From positions 1 to 56,079 of the IMG/VR virus record IMGVR_UViG_3300036945_000489: DNA of 56,079 nt; one strand, 5' to 3'. The position numbers and the translations under genes were made by a program. Under the pieces are notes generated by a model. That model searched no databases. It was not told where the DNA came from and saw nothing but the letters and a program-made list of their open reading frames with translations. This DNA is from a virus (Duplodnaviria > Caudoviricetes). Shown here piece after piece: positions 27,820 to 38,092 of the stretch; positions within the stretch are counted from its first letter, which is position 1; each line of letters begins with the position of its first letter.

Positions 27820-28428
27820 ATGCACAAACACAACAACATCCTGTTGGTCTCATTAGGTTCTAATTGTTTGCAAGAAGCTTTTAATGAGCAGTTCAGCGAA
27901 GAGGACTTTCCTATGGAGAGAGTCTCTGGCTTCTTTGATTGGATGATCACATCTCCACAATCCATTATTCAGTTTTTAGAACACTGTAAGGCTGGCACTG
28001 TCTTTGATGCTTTGTCTAATGTGGATAACTACATTGAGGTTGTTAATCCAGATGGAGGAATCTTCTATAAGAACACTCTCTTTGATTGTATGTACATCTG
28101 GCACCCTGAACAGTTTCGTAAGAATCCAGACTTCTCTGATACAGTTATCCATAAGCTAAACAATCTATTTAACCATGCTGGTAAAAGATATTTTATACTT
28201 AACAATACTAGTGGACAAATTGAAGAAAGCATGCTTCGTGTAAATGAAGATCCAGCTAAGTTTATTATCACTGCATACCAACATCTTCAGATCAAGTCCT
28301 TGCTCAAGGAGCTTTTCAATGGAGAGCTAATCCTAATAACAAACCAAGAGAAGTCTATAGGTATATCAGATCCTGTAGGCTACTTTAGTCTGGAATCGTT
28401 GTTGTCTATATTTAGTTTAGAATCATAG
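27820..28428 (+). CDS. DUF1796-like putative papain-type cysteine peptidase
   Basis: VSLGSNC and FFDWM motifs, later H. Confidence 0.55.
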   Translation: MHKHNNILLVSLGSNCLQEAFNEQFSEEDFPMERVSGFFDWMITSPQSIIQFLEHCKAGTVFDALSNVDNYIEVVNPDGGIFYKNTLFDCMYIWHPEQFRKNPDFSDTVIHKLNNLFNHAGKRYFILNNTSGQIEESMLRVNEDPAKFIITAYQHLQIKSLLKELFNGELILITNQEKSIGISDPVGYFSLESLLSIFSLES

Positions 28429-30228
28429 ATACAAGGTTATCAAAGGTGAAGTCAGGCTTATCCTTATTGTTGTTAATGATTCTTAGGATACGTTCACGTT
28501 CATTGTGAATGCCCTCGTAAATAGAGTCAGAGTAGTTAGCCTCATCTGCTTCTAGCTGCCCATCCTTAAAACCAGATACATGTGCTATCTCCATAGCCAT
28601 CTCAAAGTCGTCAGCATTATTAACATCATCTAGGTTAATGTCAAACCAGTCCATGGTTTCAAATTTGTGGTCAGTCATGTTATCTCCTTTATTGTGTATA
28701 TTAAGTATACTAGAGGATAGTGCTTGTGTCAAGCCTTTTAACTCTATTTACCGCCGAACTTTTTATCGCCGAACTTTACTCTGCATTGGAGATATCTCTA
28801 AAGCGTTTAGGTGGGTGAGGGTCCTGGTTCTCAACAGCATTCACTGCATCACAGAACCAACACCTAGATCCCTCGTGGTGGGTCTGCCCATTGTGACCAG
28901 ATACTTCATGGAATAGGGCAATGATGCGTTCCCTCTCCTGCTCTCTAGCAAGCCTAACAAACTCATTAACTGCGTCAGCATCTTCTTTACTAATAGGAGC
29001 ATCAAGTACCAATACGCCAGCTTCTATCTTAATCAAAACATCTCCAATTCATCAAAATCTTCTTTACGTGCAATGTATGTGGTCTGGAAGTCTAGCTGCT
29101 TGCCCCATACAATGATCTCTGGGACCAGTGGGTGCATGCGATAGCCATCACGCTCCAGCTCTTTGAGTATCTTTTCGTCATACTCTACGAGGAATAGCAT
29201 GTCATTGCTGTCCCATTCCATCTCGTGGTCTAGGTTGCCTGTACATACTAGGGTGGTTGGTTTATTTGCTCTTAGTAGTTGTGCCATTACAGCTTCCTGT
29301 TAATTGCAATGATTACTACTGCCAGGATGATACCTACAAGGTACCCCCATGCACTACCAAAAGTTTCTGCCATAAAGCTCATTTGTTTTCCTTAAATGAA
29401 AAGTATTTTACGTTTATAGTAAAAGTATACAGGCTGATAGGGTATTTGTCAATAGGCTATTAGAATGGTGGCTCATCAAATCCGTCTTCCTTTAGCTGTC
29501 TATACATGCTCTCTAGACTAGTGTACTTAATCCTGATTGTTTCTACCGCCCAACCCTCACAGGCTGAGTCAGCATCCTGCAATGCCTTGACGCAACGATC
29601 ATTCTCATCCATCTCAGCTATTCGCTTAACTATCTCAAGATACATGTCCATCTCAGGAAAGATCTTCCAGGCTAGACGCTCACGAAAGCCTTCTGTCCAT
29701 GAGTTTAAATAGTTTCTGATTACTGCCATACGTCCTCCTCTGCCTTTGGGATGTGATTCTTAACCATGGGAACAATGTCTCTAACCTGAATGGGTTCTTC
29801 TCTTGTCCAGTCAATGTTATCTAGGGCATGAGTAAGCATAGAGATAATTTCGTGGTGCTTCTCTACCTTGCCAGCCTCCAGACCATGCATAAAGCCCAGG
29901 TCATAGCTCTGCTGGATAAGCTTTAAGTTCTCATCAGCTTTTTTACGTAGTTTCATAGTTATAAGTATAGTTGATAGACAAGTGTTTGTCAATAGTGTAT
30001 ACTGTCTTTATGGCCTTAGACAAATACCGCTACCACATTTATCCAGATCGTATCTATGTTATTCAGATAGATGCAAAGACCTCAATAGAAATAAGGGGCC
30101 ATGAGCTAATAAGCTTGCTAGGACTGGGGTCATACTTTAATGAGTAAATTTGGTTGGTGTATGACTGGTCATCATGGTGCCTGTATTAAGACTATTAAAG
30201 ATCCGCTAATCAATTGTGATTGCGAATG

Positions 30229-30453
30229 TCACTTGGTGTCTGAGAATAGCGAGACTTCTTCATAGTCTCCAGCGTCATCTACCCTTGGGTAGGACTCTTG
30301 ACATCCATAGCAATAGTGTGTAGGCATATCTTTGCCAACTGTGCAACCACCTAGGGCAATACCCTCAGATCTTGCCATGTCAATTAGTTTAGGTGTAGGA
30401 AAGCCATAGATTACATTAACTAGGTCGTGACCACACTCTGGACAATTATTCAT
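30229..30453 (-). CDS. Small Zn-binding protein
   Basis: CPECG...IYG.P...LGGC...C..C. Confidence 0.65.
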   Translation of the reverse strand: MNNCPECGHDLVNVIYGFPTPKLIDMARSEGIALGGCTVGKDMPTHYCYGCQESYPRVDDAGDYEEVSLFSDTK

Positions 30454-30487
30454 TATTCTAGTATAGCATAGAATAAGTGGTATAATA

Positions 30488-30772
30488 GTGATTATGGCTA
30501 CTATTCATAATCTTTATACCCTTAGCGATACAGTCGCTACACGTCTAACTCCTCTAGGAATTCACTCTGGAATGGACATTACCCTTCAAAATGTAAATGC
30601 ATCTAAGTATGTATATATTGGTGGAGAAGGTGTCACCAATGCAAACTACGGATACCGCATCCCACCTAATGGATCTGTTGGCTTTGAGCTACCAGGAAAA
30701 GATTCTCTCTATGCAATTGGAGAGATTGACGGACTCAATCTTGCAGTCATCAAGACCAGCCTGGAGGGATAA
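30488..30772 (+). CDS. Hypothetical virion-associated protein
   Basis: TGGTATAAT promoter; coupled to downstream collagen gene. Confidence 0.6.
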   Translation: MIMATIHNLYTLSDTVATRLTPLGIHSGMDITLQNVNASKYVYIGGEGVTNANYGYRIPPNGSVGFELPGKDSLYAIGEIDGLNLAVIKTSLEG

Positions 30773-31446
30773 TGGCTAGAGTTAGTTCTATACTTAACTA
30801 TAACTATGGCATTCAAATTCTTGATGCCCACGAAACCTACGAAGACTTTATAGCTGAGCACCCAATTGGTAATCTAGGAGATGCACACATTGTTGGTACA
30901 CACATATATTCTTGGAATGTAGAGCTCAACAGCTGGATTGATGCAGGAGAGATTGTTGGTCCACAGGGTGAGACTGGAGAGCGTGGACCAGTTGGACCTA
31001 CTGGACCTGCAGGTGCAGCTGGCCAGGATGCTACAGTCCCTACTGAAGTTACATTTGTAGTTCAGGGTGGAACAGTTGGTGGCACACAACCAACATTTAA
31101 TGGTGCACCAATGTTTACTGGATCTTATGTTAAGAACGGACCACTGGTATCATTTCAGATCCAGGTTGAGTTTGATAACATAACTAACTTTGGAACTGGA
31201 CAGTACTATGTAAATCTTCCATATGTATCTAAGTATGGATACCAGTTTAGAAACGGATGTCTGCACGATACCTCTAATGGGGATCAGTGGTCTATATCTG
31301 GTCACGTTAGTCCTGGATCAAATCAGATGATGTTGTTTTACACAGCAGGTTCAGCAAAGGATGAAATCTTTGACCACAATAGTCCAGTTACTCTTCAAAC
31401 TGTAGATCGTTTTCACGTTGCTGGTAACTACATAGACAATGACTAA
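30772..31446 (+). CDS. Collagen-containing fibre-like protein
   Basis: [19 protein letters not shown] plus fibre-tip-like C-terminus. Confidence 0.7.
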   Translation: MARVSSILNYNYGIQILDAHETYEDFIAEHPIGNLGDAHIVGTHIYSWNVELNSWIDAGEIVGPQGETGERGPVGPTGPAGAAGQDATVPTEVTFVVQGGTVGGTQPTFNGAPMFTGSYVKNGPLVSFQIQVEFDNITNFGTGQYYVNLPYVSKYGYQFRNGCLHDTSNGDQWSISGHVSPGSNQMMLFYTAGSAKDEIFDHNSPVTLQTVDRFHVAGNYIDND

Positions 31447-31694
31447 AGAAGTCTTACTCTGGTATAAGTGTCCATGTGGCAAGCATCACGACATCTATTG
31501 GTCTGTATACAAGCAATTGGTTGAAAAAAGATTAAGCTGTAACTGCGATCTAATCCATCAAATAGTCTCTAAAGACACGAAGTAACTTCTCTGTATAGGT
31601 TGAATAGTCAATCTCAATAACTGAGTTATCTTCATCTATCTTGTGTATCTTAATGTCTTGACCAATGCTAAGCAAGATCTTGTGAATCTCTTCT

Positions 31695-31976
31695 TCAATA
31701 TCCATCTTCATGCTCTCTAGTGTATGTCCTTACCTTATGGCAATTACTACATACCACATCGCATTTGGCTACTTCTTTCCAGGCCATCTCTACCCCAAAA
31801 TTTTTGAGGACACGAGTAACGTTATCTATCTTAACTTCATCTGGACGGTGATCAAACTCTAATACGTAGTGTGGATACTTGTTACGGCAATCCTGACAGC
31901 CAAGCTTCTCTTTAAGCAGATGAAGCTGTTCAACCACTCTGGCACACTCTTGACGATGTTTCTTAGATTTAACCAT
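31695..31976 (-). CDS. HNH-type endonuclease
   Basis: CQDC....P.YVLEFDH...EVAKCDVVCSNCH..RT. Confidence 0.75.
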   Translation of the reverse strand: MVKSKKHRQECARVVEQLHLLKEKLGCQDCRNKYPHYVLEFDHRPDEVKIDNVTRVLKNFGVEMAWKEVAKCDVVCSNCHKVRTYTREHEDGY

Positions 31977-32032
31977 CCATATAATTATAACATTCGTTCT
32001 GATATAATTAATCTAAACAAGAAAGATTTTTA

Positions 32033-32725
32033 ATGGATTTAGTGTATATTTGCAGGTCTGGGGATAATGAAGAGTTAAGATACTCTATCAGATCAATGGT
32101 GGCTAACGTTCCACACGACAGCATATGGGTTGTTGGTGGTAAGCCTAGCTGGTACATTGGCAACCACATCCCAGTAAAGCAAGGTGATGACAAGTATGAA
32201 AACGCAAAGAATAACCTTAAGGCTATTGTTGAGTCTAAAGAAATCTCTGATCGTTTTGTCCTGGTGAATGATGACTTCTATGTAACTAAACCAATAAAAA
32301 AGATCTATACATTTGTTTCAGGAACGTTGCACTCTAAGCTAGAATTCTTTCAAAACAAACATCCATCATCATTCTATACAAGTCTAATTAGATCAACATA
32401 CAAAAAGATTAAACAGATTCGTGGAAACAGTTTTATATCAATGGACTATGACATACATGTTCCTATGGTGTTTCATAAGAGGAGGCTGGCACCTCTATTA
32501 GACTACACTCTTCTATGGAGATCGCTGTATGGAAACAAATACTCTTTGTCCTATAAGGTTATGAGAGATGTTAAGATATATAGACATAATAAGCAAGATG
32601 CCCTGGAAGAGATTTTAAATCGTGATACTCCATATATGTCTAGTGATGACACTTCTTTTCAGTATATCTATGACATGTACTTGGCAGAAACATTTACTGT
32701 ACCGTCGCAATACGAGGCTATCTAA
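32033..32725 (+). CDS. Stealth-family-like sugar-phosphate transferase
   Basis: MDLVY and DNEELRYSIRS, VLVNDDFY, H.P motifs. Confidence 0.7.
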   Translation: MDLVYICRSGDNEELRYSIRSMVANVPHDSIWVVGGKPSWYIGNHIPVKQGDDKYENAKNNLKAIVESKEISDRFVLVNDDFYVTKPIKKIYTFVSGTLHSKLEFFQNKHPSSFYTSLIRSTYKKIKQIRGNSFISMDYDIHVPMVFHKRRLAPLLDYTLLWRSLYGNKYSLSYKVMRDVKIYRHNKQDALEEILNRDTPYMSSDDTSFQYIYDMYLAETFTVPSQYEAI

Positions 32726-33767
32726 CTGTTCTGGATGCCTTAACTATGCCAGCAACTCTTTCAGTGTTATCCTTTGGCTTCTCAATATTATTAATAAAGT
32801 CTTTAAGCCTCTGCAGTTCTTCTGTCTGACGAGCATCTAGGTACTCTGCTCTTGCTCTTGCCTTAGCAGCATATGTATCATAATCTTTTTCTATTAGATC
32901 AATTCCCTTGGCAGTTTCCTTTAGGCTTTGTGGTGGCACCAGGATTGCTCCCTCTCCAATACCTTCTCTAACGTGAGGAGTGTCTACGTGAACGCATGGA
33001 ATACCATAGCCTGCTGCTTCAATAGCTGACATACCATAAGTCTCATACTTTGATGGCACTAGAAGGATTCTTGTTTGTTGGAAATACTTATAGACTTCTT
33101 CTGGAGATACTCTTGGGTGAAGCTCTACGTTTGGAAGCTTGGCAGCTCTTTCTTCAAGATCTTTTATGCCATGGGTTCTCTCTGCAGGAGACCTTACGAT
33201 TATAAATCTTTTATCTGGATACATCTTTGCAAGGTCAAGGACTACCTCAACCCCCTTGTTGCGTAAAGACGATAGCACAGTGTATGCGTCACCAGAGTTG
33301 TTTATCTTCTCTGGCAGTGGACTAATTGGTGGGTGAATGACCAGAGCATCTGGCTCTCCCCATTCTCTTGCAGCCACTTGTGTATTATAAATAGCATAGT
33401 CTGCTATACGCATTGCATCAGCAAGGTTTCTACCGTATTGTGGTGGTGTGTGAATGTTTACAATTGAGACTGCCCCAACAATCTTAGCAGCTCTTACTGC
33501 AGCCAAAGACAATTCGTTCTGACCAATCACCACGTTGGCACCAAGCTTCTTTAGCTGCTCTGCAATTGGTCTTGGATTTGATCTAATGTTCAAAACATCT
33601 GGAGTGTTTATCTGCTGAACCACAACATTCTCAAAAGCGTATGGCTCATGAGTGTTAGTTAGTACAAACTTATCTCCGTCAATTGCCTTCATTGTTCTAT
33701 GAAGGGATACCTCTCCACCCATATTCCATAGCGGTGGATAGCCATGCGTTATTGCAACTGCGATCAT
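32718..33767 (-). CDS. GT4 (GT-B) glycosyltransferase
   Basis: GGE N-terminal loop, KG, LVPSKYETYGMSAIEAAGYGIP. Confidence 0.88.
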   Translation of the reverse strand: MIAVAITHGYPPLWNMGGEVSLHRTMKAIDGDKFVLTNTHEPYAFENVVVQQINTPDVLNIRSNPRPIAEQLKKLGANVVIGQNELSLAAVRAAKIVGAVSIVNIHTPPQYGRNLADAMRIADYAIYNTQVAAREWGEPDALVIHPPISPLPEKINNSGDAYTVLSSLRNKGVEVVLDLAKMYPDKRFIIVRSPAERTHGIKDLEERAAKLPNVELHPRVSPEEVYKYFQQTRILLVPSKYETYGMSAIEAAGYGIPCVHVDTPHVREGIGEGAILVPPQSLKETAKGIDLIEKDYDTYAAKARARAEYLDARQTEELQRLKDFINNIEKPKDNTERVAGIVKASRTVR

Positions 33768-34435
33768 TATGCTAAAGCTTTCTTTGCCTCAGCAAGACCA
33801 TCCCCATCACGCCAAGTTTCAAAAGCAGCCTTGTCAATGTCACGCTTCTTCTTATCGTTTGCTTCTCTGTATGTTTGGTCATCTGGTGCTGTCTTGTTCC
33901 AACGGTGTAGGTGTGTTAGCTTTACATCTGGAAGATAGATAAACTCAGTAGCCTTGCCAAGCTCTCTCCATACGTTATCGCAGAATAGGTGTCTGGTGGT
34001 TGGTAGTCCAATCCATCCTAGACGCTTGTACATTTCAATTGGCACTAGAACGTGTGTTGGCAAGTCTGGCCCATGCAGGTCTTCTAGACCATCGCTACCA
34101 TAAACAACTCCCAAGCCTGACAGAGCATTGATCATCTTCTCATCCCAGCCATGTGTCTGTGGTAGAACATCGTCACCAAGAATAGCCATGTGGGTAAAGC
34201 CTTGCTCATCTGCAAGGGCAGCAAGCTCATTAAGAGATGCAGAGAAAAAGATTCTTGGACCAGTAATGTATGTTACATTATCTAAAACAGGATAGACAGA
34301 TGTATCGTCTTCATCAACTCTTGCAAGGATTTGATAGTCTACTGTACATGTCTCTGCTACTGCTTTTGATAGTCTTTTCATGTTCCGTGGTCTACCACGT
34401 GTTGGTACTGTAATTGCTAGTTTAATTTTATCCAT
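33767..34435 (-). CDS. GT2-like (GT-A) glycosyltransferase
   Basis: VPTRGRP, VDEDD, LGDD, HLFCD. Confidence 0.8.
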   Translation of the reverse strand: MDKIKLAITVPTRGRPRNMKRLSKAVAETCTVDYQILARVDEDDTSVYPVLDNVTYITGPRIFFSASLNELAALADEQGFTHMAILGDDVLPQTHGWDEKMINALSGLGVVYGSDGLEDLHGPDLPTHVLVPIEMYKRLGWIGLPTTRHLFCDNVWRELGKATEFIYLPDVKLTHLHRWNKTAPDDQTYREANDKKKRDIDKAAFETWRDGDGLAEAKKALA

Positions 34436-34453
34436 AGTTTAATTATAGCATAG

Positions 34454-34525
34454 TGCCCCTAGTAGGATTCGAACCCACGGCCTTCAGGGTAGAAACCTGT
34501 CGCTCTTCCGCTGAGCTATAGAGGC
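34454..34525 (-). tRNA. tRNA-Arg(TCT)
   Basis: Cloverleaf, anticodon loop TTTCTAC, GTTCGAATC. Confidence 0.9.
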
Positions 34526-34532
34526 GGTAGTC

Positions 34533-34781
34533 TTAGCTGTTAGCTTTGAACTTACGCAAGCGATCACAGTTAGCACAAATAAACTTTAGCTGTGCTACCT
34601 TTAGCTTAGACTGCTCAAGGGTTTCCTTATCAACAACAGTCTTAATGATCTTGTCTACGTCAGTTGCATCAACTGGGTCTAGCTGGCTGTGGTGAAGATA
34701 CTGTCCACAAGAATTACATGGACGCTTCTCTTTGTATCCTTCTACGAACCTTAGTACTTTATCTTTAAATTCATTTGCCAT
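34533..34781 (-). CDS. Degenerate HNH-like Zn protein
   Basis: PCNSCG...ICANC.R.R; catalytic DH not intact. Confidence 0.55.
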   Translation of the reverse strand: MANEFKDKVLRFVEGYKEKRPCNSCGQYLHHSQLDPVDATDVDKIIKTVVDKETLEQSKLKVAQLKFICANCDRLRKFKANS

Positions 34782-34829
34782 TTTATTCTCCTTATATTAA
34801 TTGTATCAGATATATAGTCTGATGTCTAG

Positions 34830-34903
34830 TACTGCGACTGGGAATTGAACCCAGATACCCCACCTTATAAGAGTGGTTCATTGACCTGTTATGATATCGC
34901 AGA
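34830..34903 (-). tRNA. tRNA-Ile(TAT)
   Basis: CCACT-CTTATAA-GGTGG anticodon arm, CTGGG-TTCAATT-CCCAG T arm, U1:U72 mismatch. Confidence 0.75.
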
Positions 34904-34904
34904 G

Positions 34905-34978
34905 TGGGCTGGATGGGACTTGAACCCATGACCAACGGATTATGAGTCCGTAGCTCTAACCAGCTGAGCTACCAGCCC
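34905..34978 (-). tRNA. tRNA-CAT (likely Ile2; Met possible)
   Basis: GGGCTGGTAGCTCAG...ACGGA-CTCATAA-TCCGT. Confidence 0.88.
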
Positions 34979-34984
34979 AGAGTA

Positions 34985-35524
34985 CTAACTTGCCATAATC
35001 AAATCAACAAATGTATGCAGGTTGTCTAGCGATCCATCATTACGAACTGCCCAATCAAATGCATAGTTGTCCAGGGCAGTCTCTGATGAGTGACCGTTTA
35101 CTGGACTAGACCCAGCCTTTGTAATTCTCCAGACCTGTCCACCATTAGACTTAATAGCATCTGCTTCATTGAGATAGCGAGTATCCGCAAACACAACACG
35201 CTCATGTTCTTTAGCCCTTAGAAGGCCCTGTGTGACCCAGAAGTCCTGACCAAACATTTCTCTACCAACCTCAGTTCCCATCCGCTGTAGAAGCTCCCTG
35301 GTGTCGCTAGAGAATACTTTTACGTCTTCCCATCCCATGTGGTCAACAGCAACAGATAGGCTTGTAGGTGGCATATCTCCAACACGAATGTATGGGTTAA
35401 GCTTGTACAATGCTTCACGAATAGGGTCTGCAAAAGAAACCTTTACAAAGCCATAATGCTTAACTAAATAGTTAGCTACAGTGTCCTTGCCAGTCTGTGC
35501 ATAGCCAGATAGACCAATGATCAT
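34985..35524 (-). CDS. Deoxynucleoside monophosphate kinase
   Basis: IIGLSGYAQTGKDT, SFADP, RELLQRMGTEVGR, DTRY.NE, HSSE. Confidence 0.9.
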   Translation of the reverse strand: MIIGLSGYAQTGKDTVANYLVKHYGFVKVSFADPIREALYKLNPYIRVGDMPPTSLSVAVDHMGWEDVKVFSSDTRELLQRMGTEVGREMFGQDFWVTQGLLRAKEHERVVFADTRYLNEADAIKSNGGQVWRITKAGSSPVNGHSSETALDNYAFDWAVRNDGSLDNLHTFVDLIMAS

Positions 35525-36225
35525 TTATCTTCCTTAAGACTCTTTAGAACTCCCATTGTAGCTGGGAATGCTTGGCTTGTCAACTCCTGTACTGCCTTTG
35601 CATACTCCTGAATCTCAACCTGAGCATCGTGTGGTAGACGCTGGTCTAGGAATGTTGCAACACCCTGCAAAGATGTGGTCCAACGCCAACGTACATACAT
35701 ACCATATGCTGGTAGGAATAGACGTGCAATCTCAGGTGCAATGTCATCCTTCATGGCATCGTGATACAACTTGGTTGACTCTGCAATAAGTCCATTTAGT
35801 TTGTTAGTGTAGTAAGCACCATTAGAGAAGTGGATTGGTTCCCCACTACCCTGCTTACTATTCTCTGGCTTGCTACGCCAGGAAGAGGCTGATGGAACAT
35901 AGAACTCCTCGTCCTCAGTAATGTAGCGACGTGATGATTCGTTCCAGCCATTCTGGTCATCTACATGTGTAGAACCTACGGCATACTTCCACCACTGACG
36001 TGCTACAAAAAGCGGTGCATATACTTCAAACGTGAGGGCTGCATGACGAAATGGTGACGTGTGACCCTCACGGATGAGGAACTTAAGAAGCTTCTCATCT
36101 CTGGGCTCAAACACTTCAGACTCTTTATCATAAGAAACACGTGCAGCATTAACGATAGATAGATCATCCCCAAGAGTATCCACAAGACGTACATAACCTT
36201 TATCCAACACTTCCAATTTAGTCAT
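35521..36225 (-). CDS. thyX: Flavin-dependent thymidylate synthase
   Basis: AARVSY, HTSPF, APLFVARQW, NESSRRY, EIAR.FLP, AQ.EI. Confidence 0.95.
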   Translation of the reverse strand: MTKLEVLDKGYVRLVDTLGDDLSIVNAARVSYDKESEVFEPRDEKLLKFLIREGHTSPFRHAALTFEVYAPLFVARQWWKYAVGSTHVDDQNGWNESSRRYITEDEEFYVPSASSWRSKPENSKQGSGEPIHFSNGAYYTNKLNGLIAESTKLYHDAMKDDIAPEIARLFLPAYGMYVRWRWTTSLQGVATFLDQRLPHDAQVEIQEYAKAVQELTSQAFPATMGVLKSLKEDK

Positions 36226-36867
36226 TTAGCAAATCCTTTACTTCTGGGTAATCCAAGTATGACGGATACTCTTCAAGTACAGCCTTTGCATTCTTTTTAA
36301 TGGCATCCCAGTTGTCTAGCATTTGCAGCCAGACACCCTCTGGGACAACATTCTTCCACTCTCCACCAATATACATTGTAGGAATGTGGGTCTTATCAAT
36401 AATCGTATAGCCCCACGTGAGACCACCTTCTGTGTATGGTGCGATTAGTATCTCTTGTGGGTCTAGACGAAGTCCAATACCTCGTAGCTGACCTTCTATT
36501 GGTTGATCCATTGCTTTATCTTTCTAGATAGTTTTGGTTTGGTAAAATAGTTCCAGTTGTTTAGGAACCAATGCTTATAGACTGAAAGAGGATACTTAAG
36601 CATACCCCACAAAGTTGTCCAGTCTTTTTTAAAACCGTGCTTACTCAACATCTTTGCCAAGCTGTGTGGCACGCTCCTGAAGAAGCTCAATCACATACTT
36701 GACATAGTAGCCATAGTATGGATCTTCTGTTGCTGTAAGGTGGTACTCTTTGTTAAAGTACTCAAGCAGTTCCTCGTAAGCCTGAAGCTTACCCTCATTA
36801 ACTAGGATATCAACAACAAGCTTTTGCTCTGTAGTTAGATTATCAAGAACGACACTTGCCATTTGTC

Positions 36868-37158
36868 TTATCCAATCACTGCAAAAATGTCACGGTAAGG
36901 TAGGATGACAAGGTCCTTGCCATCATGCTTAATCTCAGTACCAGAGTACTTAGAGTAGATAACTTTGTCGCCTACGGCAACGTCCATGGTCATCTTGGTA
37001 CCATCTGCAAAGGTTGCTCCACTGCCAACGGCAATCACAATACCCTCAGTAGGCTTCTCTTCTGCTGAACCTGCAATGATTAGACCAGAGGTAGTTACCT
37101 TCTCAGTCTCAACGATTGGCTCTAGGATAATCTTATCTTCTAGTGGCTTCAAACTCAT
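36868..37158 (-). CDS. groES: Co-chaperonin GroES
   Basis: LKPLEDKI, TTSGLII, EKP.EG.VIAVG.G, VGDKVIYSKYSGTEIK. Confidence 0.95.
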   Translation of the reverse strand: MSLKPLEDKIILEPIVETEKVTTSGLIIAGSAEEKPTEGIVIAVGSGATFADGTKMTMDVAVGDKVIYSKYSGTEIKHDGKDLVILPYRDIFAVIG

Positions 37159-37412
37159 TTTAATACTCATCTTTCTGGTGTTCTACACCATGCTTGTCAT
37201 CAATATATTTGTGGATCTTACGCAACGCTACCGCCTTTGATACGGCATAGCCAACCAATAGGAACACAGCATTCCAAAAGAACTCTGATACCATATGCTC
37301 TGGTCCAAAGGTTACTTCAAGAATTGTTTGGATTAGGGTTTCGCCCTCGTGTTCGTGCATTGTTTCCTCTCATACGTTTGTATATCAATTATACTAAACA
37401 GAGAGGTGGTTG

Positions 37413-37634
37413 TCAAGCAGCTAGAGCGTTAATTTTTTCTGGCTGGAATCCTGCCCAGGCATCATTCTCAGTGATAACTACTGGAGCTGCCTGGAATCCC
37501 ATATCTACAACCATGTCATATGCACGTGTATCAAGCGTAATATCTACAGTTGTAAACTCAAGCCCATTCTTTGTTAGTAGCTTCTTGGTTTGCTCACACT
37601 GAACGCAAGCTGGCTTGGTATAAACCGTAATCAT
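37413..37634 (-). CDS. nrdH: Glutaredoxin-like NrdH
   Basis: VYTKPACVQC, APVV, WAGFQPEKI. Confidence 0.95.
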   Translation of the reverse strand: MITVYTKPACVQCEQTKKLLTKNGLEFTTVDITLDTRAYDMVVDMGFQAAPVVITENDAWAGFQPEKINALAA

Positions 37635-37686
37635 ATATTCTCCTTTATAGTTGTAGATCTATTATACGGAATTGTTTAATAGATTT

Positions 37687-37724
37687 GTTATTGTAATATT
37701 ACAATTGTGTTACGAACATGTTAC
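37687..37724. promoter_or_regulatory. Four 11-bp-phased GTTAC-like direct repeats upstream of nrdH
   Basis: GTTAT 37687, ATTAC 37698, GTTAC 37709, GTTAC 37720. Confidence 0.55.
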
Positions 37725-37727
37725 AAG

Positions 37728-37799
37728 CTCCCCTACCAGGATTCGAACCTAGAATGACGGTACCAAAAACCGTAGTGTTGCCAATTACACCAAAGGGGA
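37728..37799 (-). tRNA. tRNA-Gln(TTG)
   Basis: ACGGT-TTTTGGT-ACCGT. Confidence 0.9.
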
Positions 37800-37911
37800 T
37801 TGGTGCACCTTGGCCAAACCCAGATAGGTGCCACATCTGTAATAGTTTTTACTAGTATTACTATTAAGGGGTCGTAATGCTTTCGCAACATAGGACTGTT
37901 CCTGGTGTTCG

Positions 37912-37982
37912 CACCGCCACAAGGAATTGAACCTTGTCCCTCAGTTTTGGAGACTGATGTGCTACCGTAACACTTTGGCGAT
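37912..37982 (-). tRNA. tRNA-Trp(CCA)
   Basis: TCAGT-CTCCAAA-ACTGA. Confidence 0.9.
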
Positions 37983-37987
37983 ATGTG

Positions 37988-38059
37988 TGACCCCAAGGAG
38001 AATCGAACTCCTATTGCCAGGATGAAAACCTGGAGTCCTAACCATTAAACGATGGGGCC
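37988..38059 (-). tRNA. tRNA-Glu(TTC)
   Basis: CCAGG-TTTTCAT-CCTGG. Confidence 0.9.
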
Positions 38060-38092
38060 AGATATATATTCTATCAGTGTTGGATACGAATG

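Noticed and set aside
28020-28028. Additional DnaA box
   Set aside because: Single copy inside a CDS; could be chance
28751-28777. CGCCGAACTTT direct repeat x2
   Set aside because: Only two copies and no supporting context
37733-37996. 87-aa ORF, and likewise 46303..46596 and the N-terminal extension of 45212..46171
   Set aside because: They overlap clear tRNA genes
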